64,000 bases of DNA from a virus. Taxonomy: Duplodnaviria; Caudoviricetes. Both the position numbers and the translations under genes were made by a program. Below are positions 48,513-59,520 of the stretch, piece by piece; within the stretch, counting starts at the first letter, position 1; each line of letters starts with the position of its first letter. The notes below the pieces were generated by a model that was given only the letters and a program-made list of their open reading frames with translations, was not told where the DNA came from and searched no databases. The DNA lies in IMG/VR virus record IMGVR_UViG_3300031867_004305, positions 32,001-96,000 of that record. One strand, given 5' to 3'.

Positions 48513-48529
48513 CTGGTAGTAAAAATCAC

Positions 48530-48586
48530 TTGAAAAAAAACGGGTCCGGGGGTGTATACTATACCCCCGGACTCAAATTTTTTCAA
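48530..48586. terminator. Long hairpin (possibly bidirectional terminator)
   Basis: TTGAAAAAA..GGGTCCGGGGGTGTA-TAC-TATACCCCCGGACTC..TTTTTTCAA. Confidence 0.6.
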
Positions 48587-48677
48587 ATCTTTAAATGGTA
48601 GTGTTTGCTTGGAAATAAGGTAAAAACTATTTTTTAATTTTAAAAGTCAAATATTTGACAAAAGTGGAAATTTGGCG

Positions 48678-48852
48678 CACTACCATCTACTCTACCTACC
48701 ATTTCTCCCCTACCTTTCCTACCCTACCGAAATTTTTCCTACCAAATTTTTCGTGTCCTGCCAATTGCCCCGTCCTACTCCCTACTTATTACCATACCTA
48801 CATCCTTCCTATCTTTTGTTTACTAGGATGTACCCTTCTGGAAACCTACCCA
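48678..48852 (+). repeat. CCTAC/CTACC-rich pyrimidine tract
   Basis: About a dozen C(C)TAC(C) units, strongly strand-biased. Confidence 0.65.
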
Positions 48853-48977
48853 CTTTCTTTTTCTTCTCGTTGAAAAGGAATTTACGCGGCTTTGGTAAGT
48901 TTCAATAAATAGTTTTATTCAAACTTGACAATTCACGCAATTCATAGTATAATAAAAGAAAAAAGGAGTAAATAATT

Positions 48978-49211
48978 ATGGCTTTCAACGCACTCGCAAT
49001 GGCACACATCACCAAGCAATATCGAGCTGACATGCTCACCTATTGGCAAAAGCTCGTAAAGAACATTGAGTGGTCAGCATACCACGGTTATGATTACTAT
49101 GTGCTTGACCCTCATGAGTGGCAACATATAGACAGGTTGCGTGAATATGGGTTTGAAGTTGTATATGATGATGTTTCGCATCAAGATGTTGTAAGATGGG
49201 ATAATGTATAG
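48978..49211 (+). CDS. Paralog family C protein
   Basis: Promoter at 48925; LREYGFEV...VRW. Confidence 0.65.
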   Translation: MAFNALAMAHITKQYRADMLTYWQKLVKNIEWSAYHGYDYYVLDPHEWQHIDRLREYGFEVVYDDVSHQDVVRWDNV

Positions 49212-49216
49212 TATAA

Positions 49217-49551
49217 CTGGAATTTCATTTTCATTTCAATTTCATTTCTAGAACTGGAATTTCATTTTCATTTTCCCTAAAACATGCGGTTGGAATTTCA
49301 ATTTCATTTTCTCCCGCAATTTCATTTTGGAATTTCATTTTCATTTATCCTGAAACTTTGCCCCTATAATTTCATTTTCAAATGCCCCTTAACCTACCCG
49401 CTACAATTTCATTTTCATTTCTCCCATAATAATGGAAATGGAATTTCATTTTCATTTCTCCCTATACTAGGCCGTCGCGTTGCGACGGCTCGTGGTCCCA
49501 ACTTTTTCGCTACGCGAAAAAGTTGGAATCCACGGAATTTCATTTTCATTT
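49217..49551 (+). repeat. Direct repeats of (GG)AATTTCATTTTCATTT
   Basis: About 9 copies with variable spacers; two hairpins at 49470-49527. Confidence 0.8.
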
Positions 49552-49632
49552 GAAAGGAGATGTGCGGCCGCAACTACTACATTTGACTTTCCCAAAATTC
49601 CATGGTATAATTAAAAAAAAGGAGAGAAAAAT

Positions 49633-49914
49633 ATGACAGGTGAAGAATTCAATAATGTATTAAAAGATTTTAGTATGATAGCAACCAACGATGAAATTTG
49701 TGCGGCAGAAGCCAATGAAATCGCAATGGAAGCAATAGCATCAATAGAACGTCCCGTTGTTATGCGACGAATACGTGAGGCCGCAAATCAAGGCAAGTTT
49801 CAAACTTTTATTGATTGGGTATCAACCGATACAATTGAGTGGCTAGAACAAGAATTAGGATTTGAAACTGAATCGTGTGGTGGAGGAAGAATAGTAAAAT
49901 GGAGAAGAGTGTAA
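49633..49914 (+). CDS. Paralog family C protein
   Basis: IREAANQGKF...LGFET...VKW. Confidence 0.65.
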   Translation: MTGEEFNNVLKDFSMIATNDEICAAEANEIAMEAIASIERPVVMRRIREAANQGKFQTFIDWVSTDTIEWLEQELGFETESCGGGRIVKWRRV

Positions 49915-50192
49915 TTAAATTTTGTGCCGAAGGTATGCGTGAACTTACTACCAAATCTCAACGCTCATTAGAAAATAAAGAATTTGAAAATGCCAAGGAT
50001 AAAATTATTGCGGCCGCGCAACAAGGACGTTATTCCCTACTTTTAACCCTGGAGTGTCCTGTTACAATTAAAAATTTACAAGCATTAGGTTTTGAAGTTC
50101 GTTATGCTACTGACATACCCATCACAGCATATGCGTCTGGTAAAATTCTAAATTACTATGATGTAAGTTGGCTTGACAAGCCAACATTTTAA
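49875..50192 (+). CDS. Paralog family C protein (start uncertain)
   Basis: IIAAAQQGRY...LGFEV...VSW. Confidence 0.6.
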   Translation: MWWRKNSKMEKSVIKFCAEGMRELTTKSQRSLENKEFENAKDKIIAAAQQGRYSLLLTLECPVTIKNLQALGFEVRYATDIPITAYASGKILNYYDVSWLDKPTF

Positions 50193-50280
50193 AGTAGTAT
50201 CCCAATGAAAAATTTCTAAATGAAATAAAAAGTCATAAAATTGTGGATGATAGAATACTTAATTTATGGAGGAAAGATAA

Positions 50281-50478
50281 ATGGATATTAGACAAGAATT
50301 ACAAAAAGCCATAGAATTAGGTGTTTCTATTAGTTTTATTGCTAGGAAAATTAATAAAGACCCCTCAACATTAAATAAATGGCTTCATGGCACTAAAAAT
50401 GTTTCATTAGAAGTAGAAAAGGCAGTCCAAGAAACATTAATAGAACTTAAAGAAGCGTGGATGAATATTATGTCATAG
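50281..50478 (+). CDS. XRE-like HTH protein
   Basis: SISFIARKINKDPSTLNKWLHG. Confidence 0.8.
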   Translation: MDIRQELQKAIELGVSISFIARKINKDPSTLNKWLHGTKNVSLEVEKAVQETLIELKEAWMNIMS

Positions 50479-50513
50479 TTATCCACAATTCTTTGGATTG
50501 TGGAGGAATAATT

Positions 50514-51434
50514 ATGAAAAGTTTAGATTTAGTAGGACAAAAATTTAATTATTTAACTGTATTAGAGCGAGACTATGAATATCAAAAAGCAAAAAATTCA
50601 GATAAAGTCTTTTGGAAATGTCGATGTAAATGTGGAAATATAACCCATGTTATAACCAATCATTTAACTTCTGGCAAAGTAAAATCTTGTGGTTGCTATA
50701 AAAAAGAAGTTATACATAACAATCATAGTCATAAATTATTAGGTCAAAGATTTGGTCGATTACTAGTAATTGAAGAAACCAATAAAAGAAAGTATGGAGA
50801 TATTGTATGGAAATGTAAATGTGATTGTGGTAATATAAAAGAAATAACGACACGTAATCTTATTTCCGGCGATACAGTTTCTTGCGGCTGCTATCATAAT
50901 GAATTATGGAAAAAACAAATTACTAATGATAAAATAGGAAAAATTTATGGTAAACTTACAGTTTTAGAAAAAACTAACAAAACAGTCGCAGGTGATTGGA
51001 TTTGGAAATGTAAATGCGAATGTGGTAGTATTGTAGAAGTATCATCCGCTTCCTTACAAAGCGGCCATACAATTTCATGCGGATGTATCAAATCAAAAGG
51101 TGAAGAAAAAATAAGTCAAATATTAAATCAAAATCAAATTCCATTTGAAAAACAAAAAACCTTTAATACTTGTATTTTCCCAAAAACTAACGCCCTATTA
51201 TTTTTTGATTTTTATATTGATAATAAATTTTTATTAGAATATGACGGTATACAACATTTTGAACCAATTGGTGGATGGAATACAGAAGAGAGTGTTCAAC
51301 AAACACAATTAAGAGATAACTACAAAAATCAATGGGCGAAAGAAAATAATATTCCATTAAAAAGAATTCCATATTGGAAATTAAATGATTTAACAATAGA
51401 AGATATTATGTCTGATGAATATTTAATAACTTGA
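50514..51434 (+). CDS. Putative homing endonuclease: three WKCxCxCG..SCGC repeats plus a PD-(D/E)xK/Vsr-like domain
   Basis: Repeated Cys domains; SKGE...FDFY...LEYDGIQHF...D..KN. Confidence 0.75.
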   Translation: MKSLDLVGQKFNYLTVLERDYEYQKAKNSDKVFWKCRCKCGNITHVITNHLTSGKVKSCGCYKKEVIHNNHSHKLLGQRFGRLLVIEETNKRKYGDIVWKCKCDCGNIKEITTRNLISGDTVSCGCYHNELWKKQITNDKIGKIYGKLTVLEKTNKTVAGDWIWKCKCECGSIVEVSSASLQSGHTISCGCIKSKGEEKISQILNQNQIPFEKQKTFNTCIFPKTNALLFFDFYIDNKFLLEYDGIQHFEPIGGWNTEESVQQTQLRDNYKNQWAKENNIPLKRIPYWKLNDLTIEDIMSDEYLIT

Positions 51435-51481
51435 CAAATTATTAAAATTATAATATAATATATACAGAAAGGAGAGAAAGT

Positions 51482-52627
51482 ATGGAACTTTTGAATTATA
51501 TTAACTCTCATGAAAATTGGGAACAAGAACTTTCTCAGATGCCATATTCACTTAAAATTTCTCACAATGGCCCTTATGTACTTTTTAAGTATCAGCAATT
51601 TCTTTCTGATATGGGTCTACGTATCTGTCAAGAAGCACGTGGTGCTATTTTTCGCAAGGATGAAGAAGGCCATTATGTGCCTATTTCTGTTGCTCTGTGG
51701 AAGTTCTTCAATGCGACCGAACCTTATGCTGATACTGACATACTAGATTGGAATAGTGCCATTATCAGTGAAAAAGTTGATGGTAGTCTTTGCCGCCTAG
51801 CCTACGACCATTACGATAAGATTTGGCTTTTGTCTAGCAATGGTACTATTTTTGCACGCGATGTAGACGCAGGAAATACCAATTTTGAAGAAATCTTTAT
51901 CCACATTTTAGGCGGCAAAAAGAAATACGAAGAACTATTAGAAAAGTTGAATAAAGATTATTGTTATTTCTTTGAAATGGTCTCTCCTTATAATGTAATT
52001 TGTATTCATTATAATGAACCTGCTATTTACTATCTGGGCCGTCGTAATATGATTACTATGAAAGAAGATGACTATGTATTGAAGTTTGATAATATCAAGC
52101 ATCCTAAGACATATAAGTTATTTTCTTTGAGTGATTGTACTCGTGCGGCCGAAGAGTACAAAAACGATTTTGAGGGATTTGTAGTGCGTGATGCAGAATG
52201 GCATCGTGTAAAAATCAAAACTCCTTGGTATATTGCCATCCACAAAATGCGTGGTAATGGCCCGCTGACTGTTCTGCGTGTGGTAGAAATGTTTCAGGCT
52301 GGAACTCTTGATGATTTTGTTGCTTACTATCCCGAGTTTAAGGATTTCACTGATGATGTGGTTCAGCGTATTCGCTACTACATTGAAGTGTGTGATACTG
52401 CGTTCAAGGTAGTTATTAGTGTTGTAGGAGCAATGGGTGAGCGTCGTGATTTTGCTATGTATGCGAACACCTATATGCCTATCGTGCGTTCTTTCCTATA
52501 CGCACGGCTAGATGAAAAGGTGAAGGATGGTAGCGATTACCTGATGAATATGCGTGCACGCACTCTGGCTTCTTACATTATGGCAGAAATGGAAACGACC
52601 AAGATTGGAGCAGTAGAAGATGAATAG
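51482..52627 (+). CDS. RNA ligase (T4 Rnl1-like)
   Basis: EARG, KFFN, EKVDGS (KxDG), FEMVS and EGFVV..KIK motifs. Confidence 0.85.
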   Translation: MELLNYINSHENWEQELSQMPYSLKISHNGPYVLFKYQQFLSDMGLRICQEARGAIFRKDEEGHYVPISVALWKFFNATEPYADTDILDWNSAIISEKVDGSLCRLAYDHYDKIWLLSSNGTIFARDVDAGNTNFEEIFIHILGGKKKYEELLEKLNKDYCYFFEMVSPYNVICIHYNEPAIYYLGRRNMITMKEDDYVLKFDNIKHPKTYKLFSLSDCTRAAEEYKNDFEGFVVRDAEWHRVKIKTPWYIAIHKMRGNGPLTVLRVVEMFQAGTLDDFVAYYPEFKDFTDDVVQRIRYYIEVCDTAFKVVISVVGAMGERRDFAMYANTYMPIVRSFLYARLDEKVKDGSDYLMNMRARTLASYIMAEMETTKIGAVEDE

Positions 52628-52880
52628 AGCATGTGAAAGATATTTTCAAGAAGATATTTTAGAGCCCGATAACACTACTGTGCGACAAGCATATTATGCT
52701 GGTTTTCGCCGTGCCTATAATCTAACAGGCAGACAGGCAGAATGGAAGCGTGTGGATAATATGGCAGTTTGTACTAACTGCAATTGTGCTGTAGATAAAT
52801 ATATTAGTATCCATTATGACTTCTGCCCGCGATGCGGTATGAGAATGTGGGAACATAACAATGAAAAGGAAAAAGTATAA
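52620..52880 (+). CDS. Zn-ribbon protein
   Basis: CTNC...FCPRCG. Confidence 0.65.
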   Translation: MNRACERYFQEDILEPDNTTVRQAYYAGFRRAYNLTGRQAEWKRVDNMAVCTNCNCAVDKYISIHYDFCPRCGMRMWEHNNEKEKV

Positions 52881-53371
52881 TGACTAATACAAAGAAAATT
52901 ACTTTTACTGCCATTGGAATTGCCTTGTATGTCGTGTTAAGTATGAGTATGAAGATACCGCTTATCGCACATATCAGTCTTGATTTAGGCTATATTGCTT
53001 TTGCACTTTATTGTTATCATTTCGGTACAATTTCTGGAATGATTGTCGGCGGAGTTGGATGCGTTTTAATTTCCCTAATTACTACCGGTTGGTTCCCGCC
53101 AGGATGGTTTCTTGGTAATTTAGTTATTGGTTTAATTTGCGGCTGCCTTTATAGGCATAATGCTACTATTAATAACATTATTATTACTATCATTGCGGTA
53201 GCGATTGGCATTTTAGGAATTAAAACAGTAATAGAATGTAAACTATATGGTATCCCTTATGCTGTAAAGATTCCAAAGAATGCTATTGCTTTTATTACTG
53301 ATGCGATTGTAATGAGTGCAGGTACTTTATTCGCACGAAATAAAACAATTGAGAGGATTTGCCATGAATAA
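52880..53371 (+). CDS. ECF transporter S component-like membrane protein
   Basis: About 5 TM segments; ITFTAIGIALYVVL (AxxxA), ISLDLGY, G...G..VG. Confidence 0.75.
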   Translation: MTNTKKITFTAIGIALYVVLSMSMKIPLIAHISLDLGYIAFALYCYHFGTISGMIVGGVGCVLISLITTGWFPPGWFLGNLVIGLICGCLYRHNATINNIIITIIAVAIGILGIKTVIECKLYGIPYAVKIPKNAIAFITDAIVMSAGTLFARNKTIERICHE

Positions 53372-53561
53372 AGTTGTAGAAATCCTTATGCGGCGAGACG
53401 GCATCACACAGAATGAGGCCGAAAATCTTGTTGATGAATGCAGGGAAGAAATGGAACAAGCTATTGCGTACGGCCGCTACTTTGAAGCAGAGGATATTCT
53501 TGCTTCTTATTTGGGACTAGAACCAGATTATGTGTTTGATATTTTGATGTAGGAGATACAA

Positions 53562-53858
53562 ATGAAGAAGATTATTATATTTATTTTGCTTTGCGTGCTA
53601 GCCTTCTCTCTATGTGCTTGCGGCAACACCACTACTACGTTTGATGGCAACAAACCAGCCCTTAGTGATAAGTTTGCTGTTATTAGATTGGATAGTGAAG
53701 GTTTCCTCGGTGATAAGATTGAATACATCTATGATAAGGAAACAAAGATTGTATATATGTATCTTTGGGGTGGCTATCACGCTGCACTTTCTCCTTACTA
53801 TATAGTGGTAGACGGAGAACCTACTGTTGCTATCTATGGCGTAAATTATGGAGGATAA
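53562..53858 (+). CDS. Lipoprotein
   Basis: Lipobox LCAC; DKETKIVY. Confidence 0.7.
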   Translation: MKKIIIFILLCVLAFSLCACGNTTTTFDGNKPALSDKFAVIRLDSEGFLGDKIEYIYDKETKIVYMYLWGGYHAALSPYYIVVDGEPTVAIYGVNYGG

Positions 53859-54567
53859 TATGAGTATTAGAGATAGAATTATCAAGTTTTTCGGCGGCTA
53901 TACGTTACAAGAATACTTTAAGTTTACTGATAGTATTACTAAGAGTAGTGCTTCTTTGGTAGACGAATTAAATGCTATTCAAAAACAAGTATCAAAACTA
54001 GATAGTTATGTTAATGGCTTAGAAAAGGCTATTGATAGTGCGAAAAATATGGATGTATGTGTAGTTACTCGCACAGAAAAGCCTATCATTTCTCTTGAAG
54101 TATCTAAAGTTTTGCCGCAAATAGAATATAATGATTTAGAGTTGGAAGATTATGTTAGAGGCGATATTGCACGCGAAGTCGGTATGAAAATGCTAGAACA
54201 AAATTTAATTACTTTTGCTATCACACCAGATGACACGTATGATAATTACACTATTCATGCGAAGGCAAAGGTAGTAGGACCATAAGACTAAACCTTTTGG
54301 TATAGTCTTATTTTTTGACTTTTATCAAAATTTATGATATAATAAAACAAAAGGAGAGGATAATGATGGAAGAAATCTTATCGCGTATTTATGATCTTAT
54401 TCATATTGCTTCTCGTGCGAAAAAGAATTCGGTAAATGTTTCCGTACCAAATGATTGTCTAGATGGTGTTCTTTTTGATTTATATGATTGCCATTATCAT
54501 ATTAAAGTGGCAGGGTATGATGAAGCACTACAAGAGGTATTCTTAACTATTTCTTGGGAGGAAGATT

Positions 54568-54858
54568 ATGAGTAATTTTTGGACTGCAGCCGAAGCACGT
54601 GAACATTCTCTTTTTGCCCTCAATCTTGAAGCACAGCAACAGCAACAAGTTCTTGATGAAATTAAACATAACATAGAAACTAACGCGGCGAAAGGACAAT
54701 TTTGCTGTTATTACCATTGCCCTATCCATATGGCAGAATGGGCAAAAGAATTTCTAGAAAGCAAGTGTTTTAAAGTAACTGATTTTAAACATTTAAATGG
54801 TATAGAAACTATTTTCTACATTGACTGGAGTATAAAAAAGAATGATAGCACTAGATAG
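54568..54858 (+). CDS. Paralog family C protein
   Basis: AAEARE...NAAKGQF...LESKCFKV...IDW. Confidence 0.65.
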   Translation: MSNFWTAAEAREHSLFALNLEAQQQQQVLDEIKHNIETNAAKGQFCCYYHCPIHMAEWAKEFLESKCFKVTDFKHLNGIETIFYIDWSIKKNDSTR

Positions 54859-55478
54859 AGAAATGCCTAAAACTTGTTTGGAGTGCCCTTGTCTTCAAAC
54901 TTATATTATTCCTGACGATAACGCAGATACAGAAGCTTGGATACGTTTTTGTGCGGCTAATAATTATACGCTGTACCATACTACTGCGGAAGAGTATTAT
55001 GCTAGTGAAAAAGTAAGAGAAGAATGGGTTCACTTTCCTAAATTTGAAGTATGTCCTTGGGTAGAAGTAGGAAATGCTGGTTTAAAATGGACTATAACTA
55101 TTCCTGAAGGGTGAAATATAATGACTGGACAAGAAAAGGTTTACAATGATTTTTGTAATTGTGTTGCGTTTCCAAAACAGTGTGAGAAATGTACATTAAA
55201 AAATCGTTGTGATTTTAAAAAATATGGTAAGGCTGAAATTCCGCTCAATCTTGCTGTAAATGTAATGTTTTTACTTAAAACGATGCTACAAGCAGAAACT
55301 GAATATCGTATTCCTAAGAAAGTTACGCACACCGCCACCATATATAAATGCTGTACTTGTCCTTCTTGCGGAAATGTTGTAGATAGATTTGATACATTAT
55401 TTGGACAAAAAGTACGTGTTTTAAAAGCATATTGTGAGTATTGCGGCCAAGCACTTGATTGGACAGATGTAGAAAATA

Positions 55479-55736
55479 ATGAAGGAGAGAACATTAATGA
55501 CGTTACGGAATTGTCCACTTTGCGGTGGAGCTGATTTACATTTCTTTGAAGCAGGTCTTGCTCGTCGTGACGCAAATGATATGTGGTTTACTGAACGCAC
55601 AGAAAAATTTATTGAATGTAATACTTGCGGTCACGAAGCTTCTGGTTGGAGTGAAGAAGAAGCCATAGAAGAATGGAATACAACAGAACCCTATGATTGG
55701 GAAATAAAGTGGTGGAAAAATAAATGTGGTATGTAA
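55479..55736 (+). CDS. Lar (restriction alleviation)-like Zn-ribbon protein
   Basis: LRNCPLCGG...CNTCG...EEAIEEWN. Confidence 0.65.
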   Translation: MKERTLMTLRNCPLCGGADLHFFEAGLARRDANDMWFTERTEKFIECNTCGHEASGWSEEEAIEEWNTTEPYDWEIKWWKNKCGM

Positions 55737-56011
55737 AAAAGAAAATACCAGTTCAAGCAGTCCAAATACCTGAAAATGATTTTGTAAAAGAAGGGACGAA
55801 CTGGTTACGTGATAAAGCACCCCAGTGGCTAATTGATAATTGTGCCCTGGGGACTGTGTATTATTCAGAAGAAGGAATGGTTGTTTCTACCTTAGAGGGC
55901 GATATGCTTTGTCCTTGGGGTAGTTATATGATTTGCGGAGTTAAAGGTGAATTATATCCTTGCCGCCGCGATGTATTTGAAGAAACTTATGAACCGATAG
56001 AGAAACGATGA
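55724..56011 (+). CDS. Conserved phage protein (PGDYG-like)
   Basis: STLEGDM...G.YMICGVKGELYPC...FEETYE. Confidence 0.6.
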   Translation: MWYVKKKIPVQAVQIPENDFVKEGTNWLRDKAPQWLIDNCALGTVYYSEEGMVVSTLEGDMLCPWGSYMICGVKGELYPCRRDVFEETYEPIEKR

Positions 56012-56243
56012 ATAAAATTACAATAACAGACATAACAATTCCAAATAAGGAGAAAGAAATTGCGATTACACATGCAATTCTTATTATAGAAGATTATGAT
56101 TACACATTTAGTAAAGAAACCAAGTGGCTATGTATGCCACAATTGCCGCATGAAACAGCAGGAAATTAAAGATACCTGCTGGTTTTGTGGTTATTTTTTC
56201 TCTAACTATGAAGTTGTGATGTTGGAGAATTATAAGGAACAAC

Positions 56244-56612
56244 ATGAAAACTAATAAAGGAACCGATTTAGAAGTAGCAATACATGGCGGTATATACGCT
56301 ATTATGGTAGACAAAAAGCCTATTTATATAGGATATACTATGAGGCCATTTCCAGAAAGATTTCAAGAACACAAAGAACGTATTGCGGGATTAGCATATC
56401 CAAATATTTCTCTGTATGAAAATATGACTGAATATGAAAAGAAAAATTATTATTTTTCTATTTTATTTGATGTAGAAAAGGTAAAATATCAAAGAAAAAT
56501 GAATGGCCCTTTCAATCGCAGAGAGCTAAAATGTATTGAATGTGCTTTTATTTATGCTTTGAAGCCGAAATATAATATAGATGGACTTATTAAACCTTAT
56601 TCATTTTTATAA
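56244..56612 (+). CDS. GIY-YIG nuclease domain protein
   Basis: GIYAI...IYIGYT...RFQEH...E...P.YN. Confidence 0.8.
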   Translation: MKTNKGTDLEVAIHGGIYAIMVDKKPIYIGYTMRPFPERFQEHKERIAGLAYPNISLYENMTEYEKKNYYFSILFDVEKVKYQRKMNGPFNRRELKCIECAFIYALKPKYNIDGLIKPYSFL

Positions 56613-56932
56613 GGTATTAGGAATCGCGGCAAAGCCGCGAATTTTGGGGGATAAAATGATTAAAGCAAAGGAATTTTCTAATGCTGGTGAACTTCAACAT
56701 ATTATTAATACTCACAATATAAAAAGAGAAGACATTATTGATATAAAATGGGCAGCGACTAGTCATTGCAGTACTTATGGTTTGCTAGTCTATGAATTAC
56801 CAATAGAACCATCTGTAAATGATATTCCTGTTCCAGATTTTATCTATTCAGAATTTGGACTCTAAAAATATTTGACAAAATCCCCAATTTCTGCTATAAT
56901 AATTATAGTAAAGAGAGAGGGGATAATTCATT

Positions 56933-57223
56933 ATGGAGATTATGAAGGCTACCACCGCTCGTATTATGACCGTTAAAGCAATTGAAGCTAAACGTGCTCG
57001 TCTGTTAGAAAATATGAATAGTCGTATTCTTGCTACTATTTCAGCGGGACAATTTGAATGTAATTTCAGAGTAGATTCTCCTGTTCTTCAAGACGAACTC
57101 TTTGATTATTTTACTTCTCTTGGGTATGATGTAAAATTTATGCCTAATGAGAAGAATGGTCTGAAGTATTATGACCCCGATAGCCGTATTATGACTATTT
57201 CTTGGGAGGATGCTATACAGTGA
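56933..57223 (+). CDS. Paralog family C protein
   Basis: ATTAR...AGQF...SLGYDV...ISW; promoter at 56872. Confidence 0.65.
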   Translation: MEIMKATTARIMTVKAIEAKRARLLENMNSRILATISAGQFECNFRVDSPVLQDELFDYFTSLGYDVKFMPNEKNGLKYYDPDSRIMTISWEDAIQ

Positions 57224-57806
57224 TTGTCAAACCTTGTCCTAATTGTGGCCGTCTACCCAAAATCAAAGAAGGTTGTCGTCGTAAAAACGGTAATCGTTTT
57301 TATATGATTGGTTGTCCTAATTTATGCTTTGTATTGAAAACAAAAGATAGATGGACTGGATATCATGCGGCTTGGCTTTCATTTGAAGGCGATTATGATT
57401 ATAATATGATGTATAAAAAATGGAACGAGGAATTAGAAAGTGAGTAAATTTTGCTGTGTTTGCGGCTGCGAGATTAAGGAGCATGAACCTTATTATTGTG
57501 TTGCACCCAATACCTTTACTTGCTTCAGCGATGAATGCCATACTAAGTATCGGTGGGATTTGCTCGCGGCCAGATATGTGGTGCCTGGACAACATGAATA
57601 TTTTGTTGTCAACGGTAAACTCTATCAGATTGGCTCTGATAAGGATGAACCTCGTGGTATGAGCAGCCGCTTCTATGTTATAATGTTTGAAGATAATCAT
57701 GTAGTTACCACACGTTCTCTTTGGTTCATTGGCGACGTCCCGAAATCCAAGCGTAAGATTTTTAAGCAGAATGCGTACTTTATTCAGAAAGGAGCATGTG
57801 GAGATT

Positions 57807-58688
57807 ATGCCTGAATTTGTTATGACGGTCGGTATTAGCGGTAGTGGTAAGAGTCGTTGGTGCTATAATCAGCATAACATTGCCACCGATATAGTGGCGG
57901 ATTCCGATGAAATCAGGAAAGAGCTGTGGGATGATGCTAATGACCAGCAGAACCCCGATAAGGTATTTAGTGAAATGTTCGCACGCACTAAGTCCGCTCT
58001 TTCTCATAATATCAATGTTTTTTACTGTGCGACTAATCTTGCGATGAGGCATCGTATTCATACTCTCAAGCAGATTAAGCGTCTTTTTCCTGATGTAAAG
58101 TGCCGTGCCGTTGTATTTAATACTCCTCTTTCCATTTGTAAGGAATGGAATAAGAAGCGTGAACGTCAGGTTCCTAATTGGTTGTTTGAGCGGCAGATTA
58201 AACAATTCCAGATGCCTGTATACAATGAGGGCTGGGATTCCATTGGAATAGTTACTCCCGCGGAATATGATGTAAAGAAGTTCGCAGAAAATATGTGGAA
58301 CGATGTGCGTGCGACAGGCTCGCAGGATAATCCGCACCACACTCTTTCTCTATACGATCATCTGCTTGATTGTATTAATAAGGTTAGTGTTACTGGTCTG
58401 TCTTATAACGAGCAGATAAATATGTATTCCGCCGCAGGAATACATGACATTGGCAAAGCTTACACTCGTAGTTATGATGGAAACGGAATAGCACATTACT
58501 ATTCTCATGATAACTACGGTGCATATCTTGCTATGAATATGGGACTACCTATTGAAGTTATTCAACTGGTTTGTTACCATATGAAGCCTTATGATACCAA
58601 CGCTTCTTATGTATGGGAAAAGCGTTTGGGGGAAGAATTGTGGAAGAAAGTTCTTATTCTACATGATGCGGACGAAAGGAGCCATTAA
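57807..58688 (+). CDS. Polynucleotide kinase (P-loop) fused to an HD domain
   Basis: GISGSGKS, DSDEIR, ATNL; HH...H...HDIGK...H. Confidence 0.85.
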   Translation: MPEFVMTVGISGSGKSRWCYNQHNIATDIVADSDEIRKELWDDANDQQNPDKVFSEMFARTKSALSHNINVFYCATNLAMRHRIHTLKQIKRLFPDVKCRAVVFNTPLSICKEWNKKRERQVPNWLFERQIKQFQMPVYNEGWDSIGIVTPAEYDVKKFAENMWNDVRATGSQDNPHHTLSLYDHLLDCINKVSVTGLSYNEQINMYSAAGIHDIGKAYTRSYDGNGIAHYYSHDNYGAYLAMNMGLPIEVIQLVCYHMKPYDTNASYVWEKRLGEELWKKVLILHDADERSH

Positions 58689-59322
58689 TATTATGAAATA
58701 TTATAGCCGTGAAATTCTTGAACAGTATCTCAAAGATACTCGTTTAAATAAGATTTTAGATATTATAGATGAAACTGAGCCACATTTAACGGAAGATAAA
58801 ATTGTTCCCGCAAATATTAACGTGCGGTTTTGCCGCGATTGCCCTCTATTTGAGCCTAACTACTGGCAAAAAGACCCAGTAGTTACAAGTGGATGGTGTA
58901 AGCGTATGTCATATTATGAAACTATGGAATATGAACCGCCTTTTTATGTTTATGTAAATAGCAATAGTTTCTGTAATGAAGATGATATAGGTGATGAAGA
59001 TGGATAGTATTCTTATCATACTTATAATTATATTTTTTCTAATATGGTTTAATAACTACAATAAGGGTGGCTTTACCTAATGAAAGTATTATTTCCCAAA
59101 TATCCAGGGCTTCTCGCCATTTGTAATGGGTGTGGAGCCCTCCTTCAATATACGCCAGCGGATATTTATGGCACAGTAATCTATTGTCCTCAGTGTAAGG
59201 CAACAACAGAAGTGCCTTATAATAAAGGATATGATGGTTTTGTAAAAAATCCAAAAACTTTGGAAGAAAATGCCAAAGAAAGTTGATAAATAAATTACTT
59301 TATTTATGAAAGGAGGGGTAAA

Positions 59323-59520
59323 ATGACAAGTAAAGAAAAATTACAGTTCTTTGTAGATAACGGTATGTCATTAAGTTATATTGCTAATCGTATGAAAGTA
59401 GATATTACTACTTTAAGTAAGTGGCTTCATAATCAAAAAGGTATTTCTACAAAGAATGAAGAAAAAATGATTTTTACTCTTCAAAATATAGTTGAAGAAT
59501 TTCAACATTCTTTGGAGTGA
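59323..59520 (+). CDS. XRE-like HTH protein (paralog of 50281)
   Basis: SLSYIANRMKVDITTLSKWLHN. Confidence 0.8.
   Translation: MTSKEKLQFFVDNGMSLSYIANRMKVDITTLSKWLHNQKGISTKNEEKMIFTLQNIVEEFQHSLE

Noticed and set aside
49217-49553. CRISPR array, or ORF 49284-49553
   Set aside because: Repeats are short, low-complexity and irregularly spaced, and no cas genes are present; the ORF is the repeat translated
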